Assembly (NCBI GenBank): GCA_964016885.1
Contig: OZ024742.1
Location: 241,180,001 to 241,244,000, forward strand
Reading direction: 5' to 3'
Origin: Eledone cirrhosa
Taxonomy: Eukaryota
DNA: 64,000 nucleotides
The position numbers and the translations under genes were made by a program. The notes beneath the pieces were generated by a model. It ran no database searches. It saw only the letters and a program-made list of their open reading frames with translations, and had not been told where the DNA came from. Position 1 is the stretch's first letter. Every line of letters starts with the position of its first letter. This document shows positions 1 through 12,903 of the stretch, in pieces.

Positions 1-1199
1 TGTGTATGTATGTATTTATGTATGTATGTATATATATGTATATACAGGCGGAGAAGCTTTTGAAACGTGGACTTAAGAATGCTATTGTTCCGAACTTAAC
101 CTAAAGAAATGAGAAAGAAGAACGAAATTTTTAAATAAAAAAGATTATACTGTGGTGCGTTCCAGATAACCTGTTCGGAACATAATATGTTCTCCCTCTT
201 ACTCTCTCTTAAGTGAAAAGTTGTAATCGTCTAGAAGTTATATGTTAATAATATTTGGTAAGAGTGTATGGAATAATGCTGGTTATATTAAATGTTACGG
301 AAATCCAGAAAAGGATAACACTAAAATTAAGGGTTAACTAAATAATTAGAATTCATTAATATCTATCCTATAAATAAAGAATTACCACCTTTATATAAAA
401 TTTTCAAAAATAATTATTATTCAAAATAATTGTTATTCAAAATTATTATCTCAGTCAAAACGGATATACTCTTAGAATGTAATAATATGCATAGCTATTA
501 GTAGATTATTACTTTGTAATACGGATATTGAGTGATATAAAACACTTATAATGAGCTGTAAAGTAACGATAAATAACTAACCTTACTAATCATAATATAA
601 TAAAGGGAGGAATACGGGACTGTGTCCTGAATATATATTTTTTATCCCGCTAGTAAAATAAGTTGGATTATTTTGAATAAATAATGAATGAATATTACAT
701 AATTTATGTACTAAATTTCGTAGCTGTTGATTAAACATAACTATTCATATATATAATGATTGCTTATTTTAAGATTGACCGCTTTTAAAATTTTCAAATG
801 TCAATACTTCCGGTTATGATATAACGGACGCTAATTGACATATCGCTTATATAAACATTCATATATTTGCATCGTTATATAAGGTTTATATTTCCGTCGC
901 TAACTTTATCCTTTTTCGTTTTCATTACATTTCACCGTAATGCAGTTTATATATAATATCTTCTTTTTTAAATGTATCATGGGTTACTTTACTGGTTACA
1001 GAAGGCAGTGTAACACAGTCTCTCTTCAATTTCTGTGCATATTGTCAATTACAATTTTTTTTACGTATCATATCTACTTGCATATATATTTGCGTATAAT
1101 ATAAATATGTACACTACACATGCTGCTAGCAGAAAACCACATTAAGGGCGGTTTTTCAGCTAGTTTACATAATATTGATAGAGAAATTAATATTTGAAC

Positions 1200-1515
1200 A
1201 ACTTCATTTAGACACATATACAGAACCATATAGAGTAAGACCACCTAGATTTACCTTACAGGTTCATAAATCAGACACAATAATAATCTGTCCATTAGAC
1301 TTATTAGCCCTGCCACATCAGATATAGAAAGTATAACTAAACAAATATTAAATAAATTAATAGTTATTGTAAGGCACCACTCAATTCATGGGCAATAAAA
1401 ACCAAGTGTTTGCTTTCTTTGTGGAATAAAAAGAATAATCTAAATTTTTTCAGTTTGTTATCATTAGTTATTTGTTTTCTTCTGTATCTTCTATTCTACT
1501 AAATGAAGTCTTCAT
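1200..1515 (+). pseudogene. Highly degraded Penelope-like (Naiad-type) reverse transcriptase fragment
   Basis: Hand translation gives RPPRFTLQVHKSD..NNLSIRLISPATSDIESITKQILNKLI..FQFVIISY, colinear with NNPIF..LINPTKSDLGRLSKTILDRII..FIQFDINNYY of the PLE at 10421; many frameshifts. Confidence 0.55.
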
Positions 1516-1627
1516 CCTAGTGTGTGTGTGTGTGTGTTTTGTGCGTGAACGTTTGTCTGTAAGTGCTCTATGTCCAATAGTAGAACTAATATTTATTTAT
1601 GATTCCTACACATGATATTACACCATC

Positions 1628-1699
1628 GACTACCAATTGGTTCGTAACCAAAGGAGCTAACATAATATGCAAGCGTTAAACGAGGCTAGTCTTCAGACC
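1628..1699 (-). ncRNA. Degenerate type I hammerhead-like motif
   Basis: Minus strand: GGT CTGAAGA CTAGCC...GGTTAC GAA CCAATTGG TA GTC; palindromic stem III, one core A missing, weak stem I. Confidence 0.3.
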
Positions 1700-2012
1700 C
1701 TGTGTGTTTATAAATGCTTTATACGATAACATACAAGATCCTATGTTAATATACGAAACTACAGTTTGTATGAATAAATAATCATAAGAAGGAACATCTT
1801 TTGATGAAAATAAACAGAAGTACCTTTAGTATTTTACAAAAATTTTATTCATCATACTAATCTGGTGACGGTTGTATGGGAAGTCTATTAATGTGAATAA
1901 GGTTTACATTGAATCGAAAGAATAGGAAAGTGATGTGCACAGATTGAGTGAATTAGGTGGGTTAGTTAATGTGCAGTGAGTAAATGTTATATTATTATAG
2001 AAATTGAGCACT

Positions 2013-2061
2013 ATGGAAGAAAAGTGTATTATTGTGATATAAAGTACAAGCAAAGGAGAGG

Positions 2062-2083
<22 letters not shown>
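2013..2083 (+). repeat. Short element terminus abutting (TA)n; inverted copy at 3230-3279
   Basis: aagtgtattattgtgatataaagtacaagcaaaggagaggtta is the reverse complement of taacctctcctttgcttgtactttatatcacaataatacactt at 3230. Confidence 0.75.
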
Positions 2084-2123
<40 letters not shown>

Positions 2124-2155
2124 AGATCAAAAGATGGTTAAAGGAGTTCAATATA

Positions 2156-2222
2156 TTTTATTATGCGCATTTCAAAAACAAACATCATCAAACAATAATA
2201 TTTGTGTTTTCATCAGATAAAA
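2156..2222 (-). ncRNA. Type I hammerhead ribozyme (family A, mirror copy)
   Basis: Reverse complement of 2355-2421. Confidence 0.8.
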
Positions 2223-2354
2223 CAGGAGAACATGATATGAAGGCTAAAAAAACACTTGTTGATAGTGCAGTTTTAAATCAACATATCATGATATGTTGAT
2301 TTAAAACTGCACTATCAACAAGTGTTTTTTTAGCCTTCATATCATGTTCTCCTG

Positions 2355-2421
2355 TTTTATCTGATGAAAACACAAATATTATTGTTTGATGATGTTTGTT
2401 TTTGAAATGCGCATAATAAAA
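2355..2421 (+). ncRNA. Type I hammerhead ribozyme (family A)
   Basis: TTTTAT-CTGATGA-stem II (CAAATATTATT/GATGATGTTTG)-GAAA-TGCGCA (palindromic)-TA-ATAAAA; stem I pairs perfectly. Confidence 0.82.
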
Positions 2422-2547
2422 TATATTGAACTCCTTTAACCATCTTTTGATCTTATATTATGCATACTCCAGTCCCACAAACTGTAGAGTGCTTCTTATC
2501 CGATATCTGCATTGCTTTATTGTACTACAATAAAACTCACCTCCTAC

Positions 2548-2584
<37 letters not shown>

Positions 2585-2591
<7 letters not shown>

Positions 2592-3075
2592 ATACTTGGG
2601 GAGGGTTATATTTGTGTAATATTGCCAGAATTAATAACAGAACACACTCACTGTTTGGTTGGTTTTCGCTTCTCGCTGTCTTTTATATCTGCGATCTAAC
2701 TTAATCCGTCCTCAATGTTGCCATTGACTGACCGACGGTCAAAAATAATACATATACAATATAGACACAAACACATATATATAGTTTACATAATTTACAT
2801 AAATCTTTCGTTGCACATCTGCAACATCGTCAGTGGTGTTATATTTTTTTCTCCTGTTGTGTTGTATGTCTACGCCATTTTTTATTCAGTCTGTCTATAT
2901 ATTTATTTATTTATTTGCTTGTTTGTTTATTTTATTTTGTCTTCTTTGCGCATGCGTTTGCGTGTGTGTATAGTGTTACATTTGCTGTGTGACTAGTGTG
3001 TATAGTGTTGTGTCTGCTGGGTGACTAGTGTGTGTTTATGTGCTTGTTGTTATTGTGCTTGTGTATGTATTTATT
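2585..3075 (-). mobile_element. Family D PLE terminal-repeat-like element
   Basis: Shares the ttgttatact(t)gggagggt.at terminus with 15351, 15893, 16748 (inverted) and 61410 (inverted); 2684-2795 recurs inverted at 15418-15525. Confidence 0.7.
2796..2837 (-). ncRNA. Type I hammerhead motif (family D variant)
   Basis: CA-CTGACGA-T-GTTGCA gatg TGCAAC-GAAA-GATT-TA-TG; stem I partly eroded. Confidence 0.6.
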
Positions 3076-3153
3076 TATCTTATTTTATTTTATTTTATTT
3101 ATATATATATATATATTTATATATATTTATATATATTTATATATATTTATATA

Positions 3154-3231
<78 letters not shown>

Positions 3232-4953
3232 ACCTCTCCTTTGCTTGTACTTTATATCACAATAATACACTTTCCTTCCACGGACTAGCAACGTAGTGGT
3301 GCCTGTTGAACACTTTTGCAATCTTGTCCGTGGAAACTGGGCATAGCCAGGCGGCAGCCCCAGCGTCAGACGAACCTTGGATATCTTGTTTGCACACCTG
3401 GAGTCTCTATGTGTACTTGTTTCTTGTCATTTGTTCCCATTTCCTCTGTTTATATACCTACTGTTGTTTTTTATGTAATTTATCCCGTTCCTTTATTATT
3501 GTGTTCTCTATGTGAGTTCTCGTTTCTTCTATTTGTTCCTGTTCCTACTTTCGCTTCCCGTAACTCTCTTCCATGGCCTAACAGCCCTTTTGATAGTATT
3601 GTTGCCACTATGGTTGGGACTGAATGCTATGATCATTGCTAGCCTTGTGCCTTCAAATGATAGAGGAGGATTGTATTAACTGGGAATGTTTTTATATATA
3701 TAAATACCCATCTATGTTTTCTATCCCATTTTCACCTCCTTGTTTCAACGAACCACAAGTTTAATTTTCATGGAAGCGTGGCTTTTTTCCTGTTGCCGCC
3801 GTCGCCGTGGTGGGGTCATCGCTGGTCTTGTTGTTGTTATTGCTGTTACCAATGGTTAATACTGACATAGATGATACCACCACTACTGCGACGAACGGGA
3901 TGGGTGATGGGCGGTGTTCGTGTTTGTTGTCGTTGTCATTGTTGTTGTTACGGTTTATGGCCATGGTGTTTGATACCACCAACTCTGTGTACCCAGCTAC
4001 CTCTAAACTCATTTTTATTGCTTTGGCCTTATCGTTGTTTACGGTCAACAGGGTGGCACCGTCACTGTGACGACTACGACCTGTATACACGACGCTGGTC
4101 TGTGTTTTTTGCAGTTGTTGTCGTTTGTTGCCGTTGTCGTTGTAAGTGTTTTTACAGTAGCTGTTGTTTTAGTTGTTGTTGTCAATAGGGTGATGGTATC
4201 AGCACGACTATTGCGACCAGTGTGGATAACTCTGGTCCGCGGTTTGATGTTATTGTCATTGTTGTTGTCGTAGCTGTCGTTGTCGTTGTTGTTGTTGTCT
4301 ATAGGTGGTCGTCAACTAAATGTACACCCCACCGCCGTCAGAGCTCCTTGTGTTCCTTCAACTATCTACTGGGTTTTGGTTGCACACGGTTCTTCGTTCT
4401 TTTCGTCTTTTTTCGTTGATAGCTTTTTCTAACAAACGCGACGGCTGGCAAACCCTTCAAGGAACTCATATGTATGATGGGCGCACAGGCATTAGGATGT
4501 TCCCAGTGAAAAATAGTTTAATTAGGAATAAGTAAACATTAGTAATAGTATTGGTTAGTATTCAGTTTTGGTTTTAAGTTTTACCGGTTGCGCATTTCTA
4601 ATGCTTTTCAAAAATAATTTTGAGATAGAGCGCCCGTGATGTTTGCTCTAATCTGATTAGTTTTGGAAATTCTACCTGTTTTATGTAAAAAAAGTGGCTC
4701 CAGATGTATGAAAAAATTCTTGTGGTCAAAACAATTTTGATTCGTCGGTAGAGGTCATGTGAATGTTAAAAATTGATTTTGCGCCAAATGTAGGTTTGTC
4801 TCGGCTGATTGAGAAATCACTGAAAAATAAGTCTTTCAAGACAAATATGTGTGTGTGTAGTAGTAGTAGTAAAGAGGTTCGTTGTTGTGATAATGGTCAG
4901 CAGGGATGTGTGTGCGAACCGCAGCCTGCTGACAGTTCAAATGCCTATTAAGA

Positions 4954-4988
<35 letters not shown>

Positions 4989-5428
4989 CAGAGTAATTCG
5001 TGGTAGAGGGATGGTCAGTAGGAATGTGTCTGTACGTGTGTGGGGGATATTTTAACATGTTAAAAGATATTTTTCAGCTCTTGTCTTATAAAACCTTAAT
5101 AATAAAAGATGTGAAATGATATATAGTATTGGCATAAGACCAAGGTGTGTGTGAGTGTCCAGATTGTACGTACTGCAAGGGGAATCCATTAGGCCTTGCC
5201 GTATTGGAATACTTGTGTACAAATATGTGTGTGGCCATCAGTGTGCAATGCATGTGGGCGTATATGTATGTGTGTGTCGGCACGTTTATATCTATATACA
5301 TCAAAAGGTATGCAAATTTGTGTATATTTGTGTTGCACCATAGAACATGTGTCATTGTGTTTATATGTGGATAAAGATGTATGCTGATGTAGGTATGTAT
5401 GTTGACGTGTGTATGTTGTGGGTTCGTT

Positions 5429-5971
5429 TTAGGGAGCAGTGTTTAGACGGGGTCCGTATTTGTTAATAAAGTGAGATTCCTTGCTTATGCGCTGGGTGTG
5501 GGTGGCATTATCTTTAAATTTGTAGAGGGGAAAGATTCTGAAGTTGGGTTCATTTTGGGCGGCACAGGTATCAATGTGTTCATTCAGTGGCATTTTCCTG
5601 TATTCCCGTATTTTAATTTGGGATCTATGGACAGTCATGCGTTGGAGGAGGCTGCTTTTGGTCTGGCCTATGTATTGTTCTCGACAACCTGAGCAAGTTA
5701 ATACATATATTAGATTTTCTGATGCGCATGTGAAATTGTGTTTTACTATAAAACGTTGTCCTTCTTTGAAATAGAATTCCGAACCCTCTATTAGGTTGAT
5801 GCATATGCCACAGTTGGGTCTATCGCATTTTGTTACTGTGGGTTTCGTTGTTGTGGTTGGCAGCACTTTGGCATGTGTTAGGATGTTTTTCATTGACTTA
5901 GATTGTCTTTTGCTCTTTATTATATCGTGTGTTCGTAGGATTTGGTTCATTCTATGGTCCTTTTTCAACAA
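5429..5971 (-). CDS. GIY-YIG endonuclease domain of a Neptune-like PLE (C-terminal part of a disrupted ORF)
   Basis: KCDRPNCGIC zinc linker, NLIYVLTCSGCREQYIGQT, R..H motif, E..FI..LN. Confidence 0.88.
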   Translation of the reverse strand: MLKKDHRMNQILRTHDIIKSKRQSKSMKNILTHAKVLPTTTTKPTVTKCDRPNCGICINLIEGSEFYFKEGQRFIVKHNFTCASENLIYVLTCSGCREQYIGQTKSSLLQRMTVHRSQIKIREYRKMPLNEHIDTCAAQNEPNFRIFPLYKFKDNATHTQRISKESHFINKYGPRLNTAP

Positions 5972-6540
5972 AGGGATGTTCTGGAGGATGGTGTCAAAGG
6001 CCTCATTGTTGAGGGGGTTGTGTGTGGAGATCTATGGAAGAGCTTTTAGTTTCGGTTGATTTACTTTAGGGTGTCTAAGGTCCTGGGTACTGAGTTTTAG
6101 GGCACGTTGGATTCCATTGTCAATTAGTGATGCAGGGTAGTCCCTGCCTATGAGTGTGTCCTTTAGTTCTTGTAGCCGTAAGTAACAGGTGTTTTTATTG
6201 GAGACTATAGTACAGATTCTCTTGGCTAAGTTGTAGGGAATATTAATTTTAACGTGTGGCAAGAGTTGAAAGGAAGATATTGCTTGGAGTCTGTGGGCTT
6301 GTAGTATATGTCTGTAGTATATGTCTGAATCTTAATGTGTCTGAATCTTAATGAGGATGTCGAGGAAGGGGAGTTGTTGATGGCTGTATTCCATCGTGAA
6401 GTTGAGCCCATTTATAAGGGTGTGAAATTCTTTAAGTTTCTCGATGTTTTCGTGCCAAAGGATGAAGCAGTCATCTAGATATCGCTTCCAGTTCCTTTCT
6501 ATGTGTAAGTGGAGAGTGTTTCCAAATTTGTTTAGTACTT
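5972..6540 (-). pseudogene. PLE reverse transcriptase C-terminal half (frameshifted)
   Basis: WKRYLDDCFILW, LPFLDILI, YYKPTDSKQYLPFNSCH, NIPYNLAKRICTIVS spread over three frames. Confidence 0.88.
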
Positions 6541-6608
6541 TAAAATATCCCCCACACACGTACAAACACATTCCTACTGACCATCCCTCTACCTCGAATT
6601 ACTCTGCT

Positions 6609-6644
<36 letters not shown>

Positions 6645-6684
6645 ACGCACACGCACACGCACACGCACACACACACGCACACGC

Positions 6685-6841
<157 letters not shown>

Positions 6842-7989
6842 TCTTAATAGGCATTTGAACTGTCAGCAGGCTGCGGTTCGCACACACATCCCTGCTGACC
6901 ATATCACAACAACGAACCTCTTTACTACTACTACTACACACACATACATATTTGTCTTGAAAGACTTATTTTTCAGTGATTTCTCAATCAGCCGAGACAA
7001 ACCTACATTTGGCGCAAAATCAATTTTTAACATTCACATGACCTCTACCGACCAATCAAAATTGTTTTGACCACAAGAATTTTTTCATACATCTGGAGCC
7101 ACTTTATTTACATAAAACAGGTAGAATTTCCAAAACTAATCAGATTAGAGCAAACATCACGGGCGCTCTATCTCAAAATTATTTTTGAAAAGCATTAGAA
7201 ATGCGCAACCGGTAAAACTTAAAACCAAAACTGAATACTAACCAATACTATTACTAATTTTTACTTATTCCTAATTAAACTATTTTTCACTGGGAACAAT
7301 CTGTCAGCATTTTCTTTTCCTTTTACCAATATATCATAACTCCTGTGTTACACCTCTGTTCTTTTAAATATATATATATATATATATAGAGATATATAGA
7401 TATATATTGTTCCCCACCACCACCCCACTCTCAAGAGCGTGAAACTAATAAACCTTTGTTCGTACTGCCTCTCTGTTTTGTTCCCGTTCAATTTTTTACT
7501 ATATATATATATATATATATATATGTTATATATATATAGGTTACTAGTGGGTATAATTCATATATGTAGAAATGTATCTAAAACTATACATACAGACTCT
7601 TATTCGCCTGCACACGCACAGAGTAAAAAGTCCACTAATCTATACCACTAATTTTCCTTCACGAAAATTGGTTTTTTACTGCTATCAATATCGAGCTAAC
7701 ATGAAACAATTGAAAATATACAATAAAATCATTGCCAATATATTTTTTTTAGTTTATCGCAGCTTTATTTTTTACAAATTCTTTTCTTTAAGTTTGCCTA
7801 TTTATTTATAATATTTTTCAATAGCACGAGAGAGGTAAAATATTCGTACACATAAAAACTGAGACTCTTTAAAACCCACATACAACACATACAAATTCAC
7901 ATGAATAGATACACTCTCATTAACAAGTCTATATCTGTCTGTGTATTTATGTATGTATGTGCATATATATAAAAATATAGCACTGACTC

Positions 7990-8765
7990 AGCGCAGGAGA
8001 GTTAAGGCGAAAAATATATCAGATGCTGAATTTGCTGACGATGCAGCGAAGGAGGCAGAGGAGTTGATGCAGGAGCTGGAGACTGTGTCGATGAGTGTAG
8101 GGCTGAGAATAAATGAGATTAAGACGAAGTATCTGGTAGAGAATATTAAGAAGCCAGAGAAGATTATGAATGTAGGCGGGAAGCCGCTAGAATTGGTTGA
8201 GGACTTCCTGTATTTGGGAGCAAAGATTGGAAACACAGAGGATGATGTGGTTGAGGGGAAGAGCAAAGCCTGGGCGGCGTTCCACAGCTTGAGATCGGTG
8301 TGGAAGTCAGACCTTCGTAAAGACCTGAAGATCCGTCTCTTCGTTGCTACAGTGGAGTCTGTGCTACTGTACGGGTCTAAAACTTGGACACTGACCATGA
8401 AACTCACTCCATGGGGGATGGGTGCTACACGAGAATACTGAGGATGACTCTGAACATTAATCAGCATACACTGAGGATGAAAACTCAGAGCTGTATGGGA
8501 TCCTCCCAAAAGTCAGCTCGAAAGTAACACAGACGAGACTGTGTTAGCCGGACATGCTCACCGACATTCAGAGTTGACACTGCACTCAGTGCTCCTGTGG
8601 GAGCCCCTACACGGACATACTAGAAGAGGAAGATCGATGTTGACATATATTGATACCATAAGGACACACACAGGTCCCTTGAAGATGCAGGACACGACAG
8701 CGATGATGAGGGGCAGAGACCACTGGAGAGAACTCGTCCATGGAACTCGGGAATTTTATCGGCCC
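7990..8765 (+). mobile_element. RTE-like LINE 3' fragment (RT C-terminus)
   Basis: EFADD, VEDFLYLG, KAWAAFHSLRSVWKS, KIRLFVATVESVLLYGSKTWTLT, LAGHAHRH; ends in (TA)n. Confidence 0.85.
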
Positions 8766-8795
8766 TATATATATATATATATATATATATATGTT

Positions 8796-8835
8796 TGCAT
8801 TGCTTTATTGTTCTACAATAAAACTCACCTCCTAC

Positions 8836-8836
<1 letters not shown>
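8796..8836 (+). repeat. Family A 3' tail only, inside a (TA)n tract
   Basis: gcattgctttattgttctacaataaaactcacctcctaca matches 2509-2548. Confidence 0.8.
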
Positions 8837-8867
<31 letters not shown>

Positions 8868-8958
8868 GTGTAGCGCGCGTGCGTCTCCGGACATCTAAAT
8901 GTATCATCGACCTGTGGTTACATACACATACACACACATACACACAGACGCACACACA

Positions 8959-9052
<94 letters not shown>

Positions 9053-9099
9053 CACACACACGCACACACACAAACACAAACACACACACGCATATATAT

Positions 9100-9660
9100 A
9101 ACCAAAAGGACGAGGTGTTAAATCTTCATTGCATTTATTGACGCGTTTCGCGAGTTATGTGGTCAATACGCTATTGACCTGATAAATGGCCATTGAAAGA
9201 CTTGCCCGCTTAACATTCACACTCGAGAGTTTCACAGTAATCAGTTGTAAGCTAGCAGTTGTAAGCTAGTAGTTGGTATGTTATACTGTGGTAAATGTCC
9301 GAGTATATTAGTTGGATATTAAGGCTTTTCTTACTGATGGCCTCGCGGATAACACTTCGCCGGGGTGTGGGATTTTACGGAAGCAATTGTTTGTCAAGTT
9401 TTTCCAATTTGGAGGATTGTGATGAAGGATGTTGGATAATCGGTGGATACCACATCTCAGCGAAAAATACCCTTCAAGGAACATTTTCTCTGGTTCTTTC
9501 TTTTTCCTTTTCTATTCCACTTCTCCACTCAACCTCAGCTCTCCGTTCTTTCACTCGAGATTTTTGTCTGAATATTTCCAACTTCATCTGCATTGTAGTG
9601 GCTTCCTAAATACAACTAATTTTCATATTCCACAATGCTTCAAGCAAACAATACTCTTTC
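9100..9660 (-). mobile_element. PLE 3' terminal fragment related to 15080-15150
   Basis: Minus strand gcgaaacgcgtcaataaatgcaatgaag..tcgtcctttt resembles gcgaaacgcgcgtc..tcaataaatgcaatgaag..tcgtccttttt at 15085. Confidence 0.55.
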
Positions 9661-9759
9661 ATATATATATATATATATGTATATATATAAATATATACAT
9701 ATAAATATATAAATATATATAAATATATACATATATAAATACATACATATATCTATCTA

Positions 9760-9869
<110 letters not shown>

Positions 9870-9972
9870 CATATATATATATACATATATATACTGTATA
9901 TATACACATACATACATATATATATATAGAGAGAGAGAGTGAGAGCGAGAGAGAGAGAGAGAGAGAGACACA

Positions 9973-10005
<33 letters not shown>

Positions 10006-10420
10006 CGTGTGTTTGTGTGTGTGTATGAATGTGAGACTCTATAAATGTTCTTGACTTCAGAATAAAAATTTTCAGAGACTTTATAATCTCTTGAATGATT
10101 ATGAAAATAATTTGATTTCAATAAAGAATGCATCAATGCTTAGCTGGCTAGGAGTAGTACACATATTGTGCTGGTAGATAAATGGTCACAATAAAAAAAT
10201 AAGCCAAGAGAAACACACATACTCACATACACTGACTGACACGCACACAAACACACATACAGACACATACACACTAGTACCCACACATGTACACATTCAT
10301 ATGTTTTATTCTATGTAATTGCATACACATACACTCTTACACACTCAGCAATATCTATCTCTCTCTGTATATATATATATATATAGTATATATAGTAATA
10401 ATAATATATATATATATATA

Positions 10421-12260
10421 TAGTAATAATAATAATCCTATTTTCCGAACAACCCCTCTATTCGGCTTATTAACCCTACGAAGTCCGATTTAGGTAGACT
10501 TAGTAAAACGATTCTTGATAGAATTATACCTGAAATTAGAAGTTTGGCCCCTCTTGCACTGTAGAATAATTCTTTCACGGTGATTGATTGGTTCAACGGC
10601 ATATGTAACAAGGAACATTGCCGTTTTATCCAATTCGACATCAACAATTACTACTCCTCCATCACTTTACCACTTCTCCTTAGTGCTATCAATTTCGCTA
10701 AAACACTCATAGTGGTTAAGGATTTCGAAGTTAATGTCACCCTCAATGCCCGTAAGTCGGTGATTAATTTCGACGACTCTATTTGGATTAAAAAATCCGA
10801 TAGTACCCCATTCGACGTGAGTATGGGCGCCAGCGATTCTGCGGAGGTTTCTGATCTTATCGGCCTTTACCTTCTTTTCTCTATCAAGGAGGAATTCCCC
10901 AACGCGGGCGGTGGTTTGTACCGTGATGATGGTCTTTTGACTATGACTAAGTGCGGACCTGATGCTTGCGACAGGTTCAGAAAATAACTCACAGCCTTCT
11001 TTAAAGGCTTCAACCTCTCTATACAGGTTGAGGCCAATCTCTCGGTCGTTAATTACCTCGACGTTATCCTCAATTTATTGAATGGGTTGTATTACCCGTA
11101 TAGAAAGCCGAATGATACGCTTAATTACATAAGTAAGCATTCCAACCATCCTGCCAGCATAACCAAGAACCTGGTAAGAAACGTTTCGTTGAGGCTTTCC
11201 CGTCTATCTACGAACGAGCATATTTTCAACGACCATTCCACATATTACAATGAAGCTCTTGCTCGGAGTGGATTTGTCGATAAGGTAGTATATACAGAGT
11301 ACGAAAATAGACCTAGAAGAAATAGACCCCGTCGCATTTGTTGGTATAACCCACCATATAATATGGAGGTGGCCACACCATTAGCTAAGATCTTTCTTTC
11401 CCTTATTACGAGGCATTTTCCCCCTACACACATAAATATAGTAACATCTTTAATAGAAATACTATTAAAATTTCTTACTCTACGACTCCTAACCTTGCAC
11501 ATAACATCACAGCTTCAAATTTAGCTAAACTACCTAGCCGTAGGAACACGTGCAACCCTGTAGTTAGTACTAACTGTAATTGTAGGAATAGGGTTGATTG
11601 CCCCCTATCCGGGAAATGCCTCTCTAGTAACATTGTCTACAAATGTAAGGTTGAAACACCCACGTCCCGTAGGGCCTACATAGGGTTAACCGCCAATAGA
11701 TTCAAGCAGCGTCTTTACATGCATACCCATTCTTTTCGTTACCCTCTAAGAAGGAATATGACGTCACTTTCAGCTTATATCTGGAGTCTAAAAGACAACC
11801 ACACCCAATATAAGTTACACTGGGAGATCCTAGCTAGGGCTAGATCGTATAACAGAAATAAAAGACCATGTGACCTCTGCACCGCCGAGGCCCTGGAAAT
11901 ACTCTACGCCACAGACAATATCTTAAACAAAAAATCTGAGGCAATTTCGGCTTGTAAACATAAATTGCACAAAACGTTCCTGTATTACAGCCCCACGTTA
12001 TACCCTAACGGATAGTACGATCTATACGTGGATATTTTACGTCTTGATGTGGTAGCTAAGTATATGTTTTGTTTATACCATTACTTATTTGCATAGGGAA
12101 CGTTTCCACGAACCAAAGTATCGTCTTCCTGTCTTCCTCCGGTTGAAACGTTTTTTGAAATATCCACTTCTGCGTTTGCAGATTGACTTTGTTAGTTTCA
12201 GAAGATCCCGTTAACGGTGAAAGCAGCGATTCTTTGCTTAAACTTTAATCTGTTATTTTA

Positions 12261-12265
<5 letters not shown>
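10421..12265 (+). mobile_element. Naiad-like Penelope element, 5'-truncated; RT plus GIY-YIG pseudogene 10423-12015 and 3' HHR
   Basis: FIQFDINNYYSSI, VSMGASDSAEVSDLIG, GLYRDDGL, NYLDV, SNHP, WYNPPY, CNC..CPL.G.CL, IVY..YIG, C.LC..E, LNKKSE..CKH; stops and frameshifts; TA-rich tracts on both sides. Confidence 0.92.
12194..12244 (+). ncRNA. Hammerhead variant with CAGAAGA core (family B)
   Basis: AGTTT-CAGAAGA-TCCCGTTAACGGT-GAAA-GCA..TGC-TT-AAACT; same motif at 34280 and 35823. Confidence 0.65.
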
Positions 12266-12341
<76 letters not shown>

Positions 12342-12444
12342 ACCACCACAACCCAGAACAAAACCACACACACAACACAACAACACACACACCACACCAA
12401 CACCGCACGACACCAACCGCCAACGTTGCACCGCACCGGTTACT

Positions 12445-12903
12445 CCCAAATGCAACTGCAAAAAACAAGACGAATGCCCACTAAACGGGGAGTGCCTCGT
12501 TAAGAATATTGTTTACCGGTGCGATGTCACTGCCGGCAATAAGGAGTACTCATATATAGGTGCGACATCCACTACGTTTAAGGAGCGCTGGTATAACCAC
12601 AGAAGCTCCTTCAAACATAGATCGAAACGACCCCAAACAAAACTGGCCGATCTGATCTGGGACCTCAAGGACAGGAATATTGAACCCCGGATTTCGTGGT
12701 CAGTAAAAAGTCGTGTGGCATACATCTCCAGTGACAGAAACCACTGCAGATTGTGCCCAGCTGAGGCGGCGGAAATAATTAAACTTGATTCCGCCATAAA
12801 CTATAGGTCGGACATAATTGTCAATTGCAGACACACTAGGATGCACACCTTTTCTGCACAAACTTTCGCGGGAAGACCACGCACTAACCATAACCCACCA
12901 TAA
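12445..12903 (+). CDS. GIY-YIG endonuclease domain (open frame, no start codon)
   Basis: PKCNCKKQDECPLNGECLVKNIVYRCDV..YIGATSTTFKERWYNHRSSF..HCRLCPAE..NCRH; in frame with listed ORF 12715-12903. Confidence 0.88.
   Translation, partial: PKCNCKKQDECPLNGECLVKNIVYRCDVTAGNKEYSYIGATSTTFKERWYNHRSSFKHRSKRPQTKLADLIWDLKDRNIEPRISWSVKSRVAYISSDRNHCRLCPAEAAEIIKLDSAINYRSDIIVNCRHTRMHTFSAQTFAGRPRTNHNPP

Larger units (their letters stand above)
2116..2548 (+). mobile_element. Fold-back HHR element, family A: perfect palindrome 2116-2461 plus unique 3' tail, flanked by (TA)n
   Basis: About 173-bp arms with no spacer, centred at 2288/2289 (atatca|tgatat); tail ends caataaaactcacctcctaca; relatives at 8796, 39711 and 42142. 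Confidence 0.9.

Noticed and set aside
3021-3296. Many [12 protein letters not shown] and LSLS ORFs across the window
   Set aside because: They are translations of microsatellites with no coding signal.
3240-3390. Minus-strand CTGACG..long stem..GAAA as a hammerhead
   Set aside because: The core is not adjacent to the plausible stem I and does not match CUGANGA; only a hairpin (ttccacggac/gtccgtggaa) is supported.
3761-4419. ORFs in the (GTT/GTC)n-rich region
   Set aside because: Triplet-repeat low complexity with no domain signature.
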